The notes under the pieces: generated by a model | The model's database searches: none | The model's input: only the letters and a program-made list of their open reading frames with translations | Told to the model about the DNA's origin: nothing | Part shown: positions 62,801 through 64,000 of the stretch, in pieces | How the letters are laid out: each line of letters begins with the position of its first letter | Numbering within the stretch: the first letter of the stretch is position 1 | Assembly (NCBI GenBank): GCA_977017645.1 | Contig: OZ360222.1 | Coordinates: 225,928,001-225,992,000, forward strand | Length of the DNA stretch: 64,000 nt | Source of the DNA: Torpedo marmorata | Taxonomy: Eukaryota | Reading direction: 5' to 3' | Made by a program: the position numbers and the translations under genes

Positions 62801-64000
62801 TCCGAAAACTAACTCGAATGGACTAAAACCAAGTGAATCTTGGACAGACTCCCTCGCTGCAAATAACAACAAATGAACCCCCTCATCCCAATCCTTTTCC
62901 TTCTCACAACAATAGGTTCTAATCATGGTTTTCAAAGTCGAATGGAACCTCTCCAAGGCCCCTTGACTTTCTGGATGGTACGCAGAGGATACAATCTGTT
63001 TAACTCCTAGTGCATCAACCACTTGTTGGAAAACGCCTGACATGAAATTACTGCCCTGATCTGATTGAATTTCCCTTGGCAAACCTACCAAGGTGAAAAA
63101 CTTTATCATAGCCTTTACAATTGACTTTGCTTTTATGTTTCTCAGAGGAATGGCCTCTGGAAATCTGGTGGCTGCACACATAATTGTTAACAAATATTCA
63201 TTCCCCGCTTTGGTTTTGGGAAATGGGCCAACACAGTCCACAATTACTCTCAAAAAAGTCTCACTGAAAGCAGGGATAGGTTGCAAGGGTGCCACCGGGG
63301 GACTCTGATTAGGTTTACCCACCACCTGACAAGTGTGACAGGCCCGGCAAAAGCTTACAACCTCCCTTCTCAAAGTGGGCCAATAAAATTGTTTCATTAT
63401 CTTCCTTATAGTTTTCTTCACCCCAAGATGACCACCTAAGGGTGTACTATGAGCCAAAGTTATTATTTCATCCCTATATACTTTAGGGATCACAACCTGC
63501 TTCACTACTGCCCATTCTTCATTGGCAGGAACATCACGTGGTCTCCACTTTCTCATCAACACCCCATCTTTTTCATAATACCCTACTGGCACCTTTTTAA
63601 TCTCTTCTTCAGAGAGAACCTTATCCCTCACCTCAGCAAGATCAGGATCGTTCTTTTGCCTTGCTATTAACTCCTGTCGGGATAGTGACAAATCTGTGCC
63701 TTTAGGTGTCTTATCAGTGGATGGGTGTAACATAGGAGATTGCTCAACCTTTTCCAGGTTTTCTTGATTATCAATTTCTTTTTCTTTTACCAAGTTATTT
63801 TCCATTGCCTTCTCTACAGTGACATTTTTCTTAGACATGGCCCTGGTTATGGCACATGCCGGATAAATATAAGAGTCTTTCTCTGACTTATCAATGACTG
63901 GCTTAGTCGTCATTCGCACTGCAGGAACTACTTTACCCTTGGCCAAGTCATTGCCTAACAACAGTGAGACTCCTTCTACGGGCAACTCTGATCTCACTCC
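59845..64000 (-). mobile_element. Gmr1-like LTR retrotransposon, 3' part (3' LTR 59845-60745), continuing beyond the window
   Basis: LTR, PPT and pol homologous to 45612-51930. Confidence 0.95.
60878..63997 (-). CDS. Gmr1-like pol, open: protease end, integrase, RT, RNase H
   Basis: 1039-codon open frame: LLLGNDL, HHCC, SDQG, GPY, then RFCTDYRKVN, MPFGM, YIDD, VDASD; 5' end lies outside the window. Confidence 0.95.
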   Translation of the reverse strand: MRSELPVEGVSLLLGNDLAKGKVVPAVRMTTKPVIDKSEKDSYIYPACAITRAMSKKNVTVEKAMENNLVKEKEIDNQENLEKVEQSPMLHPSTDKTPKGTDLSLSRQELIARQKNDPDLAEVRDKVLSEEEIKKVPVGYYEKDGVLMRKWRPRDVPANEEWAVVKQVVIPKVYRDEIITLAHSTPLGGHLGVKKTIRKIMKQFYWPTLRREVVSFCRACHTCQVVGKPNQSPPVAPLQPIPAFSETFLRVIVDCVGPFPKTKAGNEYLLTIMCAATRFPEAIPLRNIKAKSIVKAMIKFFTLVGLPREIQSDQGSNFMSGVFQQVVDALGVKQIVSSAYHPESQGALERFHSTLKTMIRTYCCEKEKDWDEGVHLLLFAARESVQDSLGFSPFELVFGHEVRGPLRLLKEQWINRDVHLNLLDYVSKFKDRLHRAVEMAKENLKATQQRMKVWYDRKAKMRTFKPGENVLVLFPIHSNHLRARFSGPYRVKSKINDVTYVIETPNRRRDTQVCHVNMIKPYFEQVPHKGTENVSEVLVIDQGKEETDETSFREGHGTQKLISPRLENSMILRNLETKLAHLKTSEKEEMSQLFLKFISLFPDVPQKISIAYHDVDVGDARPIKQHPYRINAEKCKLVDQEIDYMVKNNIIRKSTSNWSSPCVLMPKPDGTVRFCTDYRKVNAVTKTDAYPIPRIDDCIDKVGKAKFLTKIDLLKGYWCVPLTRRAREISAFVTPFGLYEYNVMPFGMKNAPGTFQRMINSVIQGLKNTGAYIDDLIVSSETWEEHVFELKLLIERLSKAKLTVNLSKSEFGHATVIYLGYVVGQGQLTPVEAKVVAISEFPVPTGKKNLRRFLGMIGYYRKFCKNFADLALPLTNLLRKKEKFVWSTGCQEAFVKLKAMLCHQPVLKSPNLEQLFSLAVDASDEAVGAVLLQKKNEEDIEHPVSYFSKKFNDHQRNYSTIEKELLALVLALQHFDVYICTAQKPLIVYTDHNPLVFLCKMKKKNRQLLNWSLILQEYNLVITHIKGKDNVIADCLSRC

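Overview
Repeat-dense vertebrate genomic DNA, probably a cartilaginous fish (ray/skate-like, inferred from the repeat repertoire). No identifiable host gene; only two candidate short exons. The window is a stack of nested mobile elements. (1) A decayed class I (gamma/epsilon-like) endogenous retrovirus (21172-32428; tRNA-Ser PBS, gag deleted) whose env is split at its CWVC motif by a very young, intact Ty3/Gypsy element (26243-30971). (2) Gmr1-like LTR retrotransposons with integrase before RT: one complete but RT-deleted copy, one intact pol running off the window, and two solo LTRs. (3) An LTR family with TG...TA ends. (4) A truncated Mag-like Gypsy. (5) L1/Tx1 LINEs nested in each other, Rex1/Babar and CR1 LINEs, V-SINEs, hAT/pogo/Harbinger-type MITEs, Penelope-type repeats with minimal hammerhead motifs, and an old ~32-bp tandem array. 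Most notable: two LTR families with no visible LTR similarity both lack a tRNA primer site. In its place they carry a TTTTATT-starting segment complementary to their own LTR, next to a hairpin at the LTR end, suggesting tRNA-independent self-priming and/or poly(A)-signal occlusion. All coordinates and alignments were read by eye.
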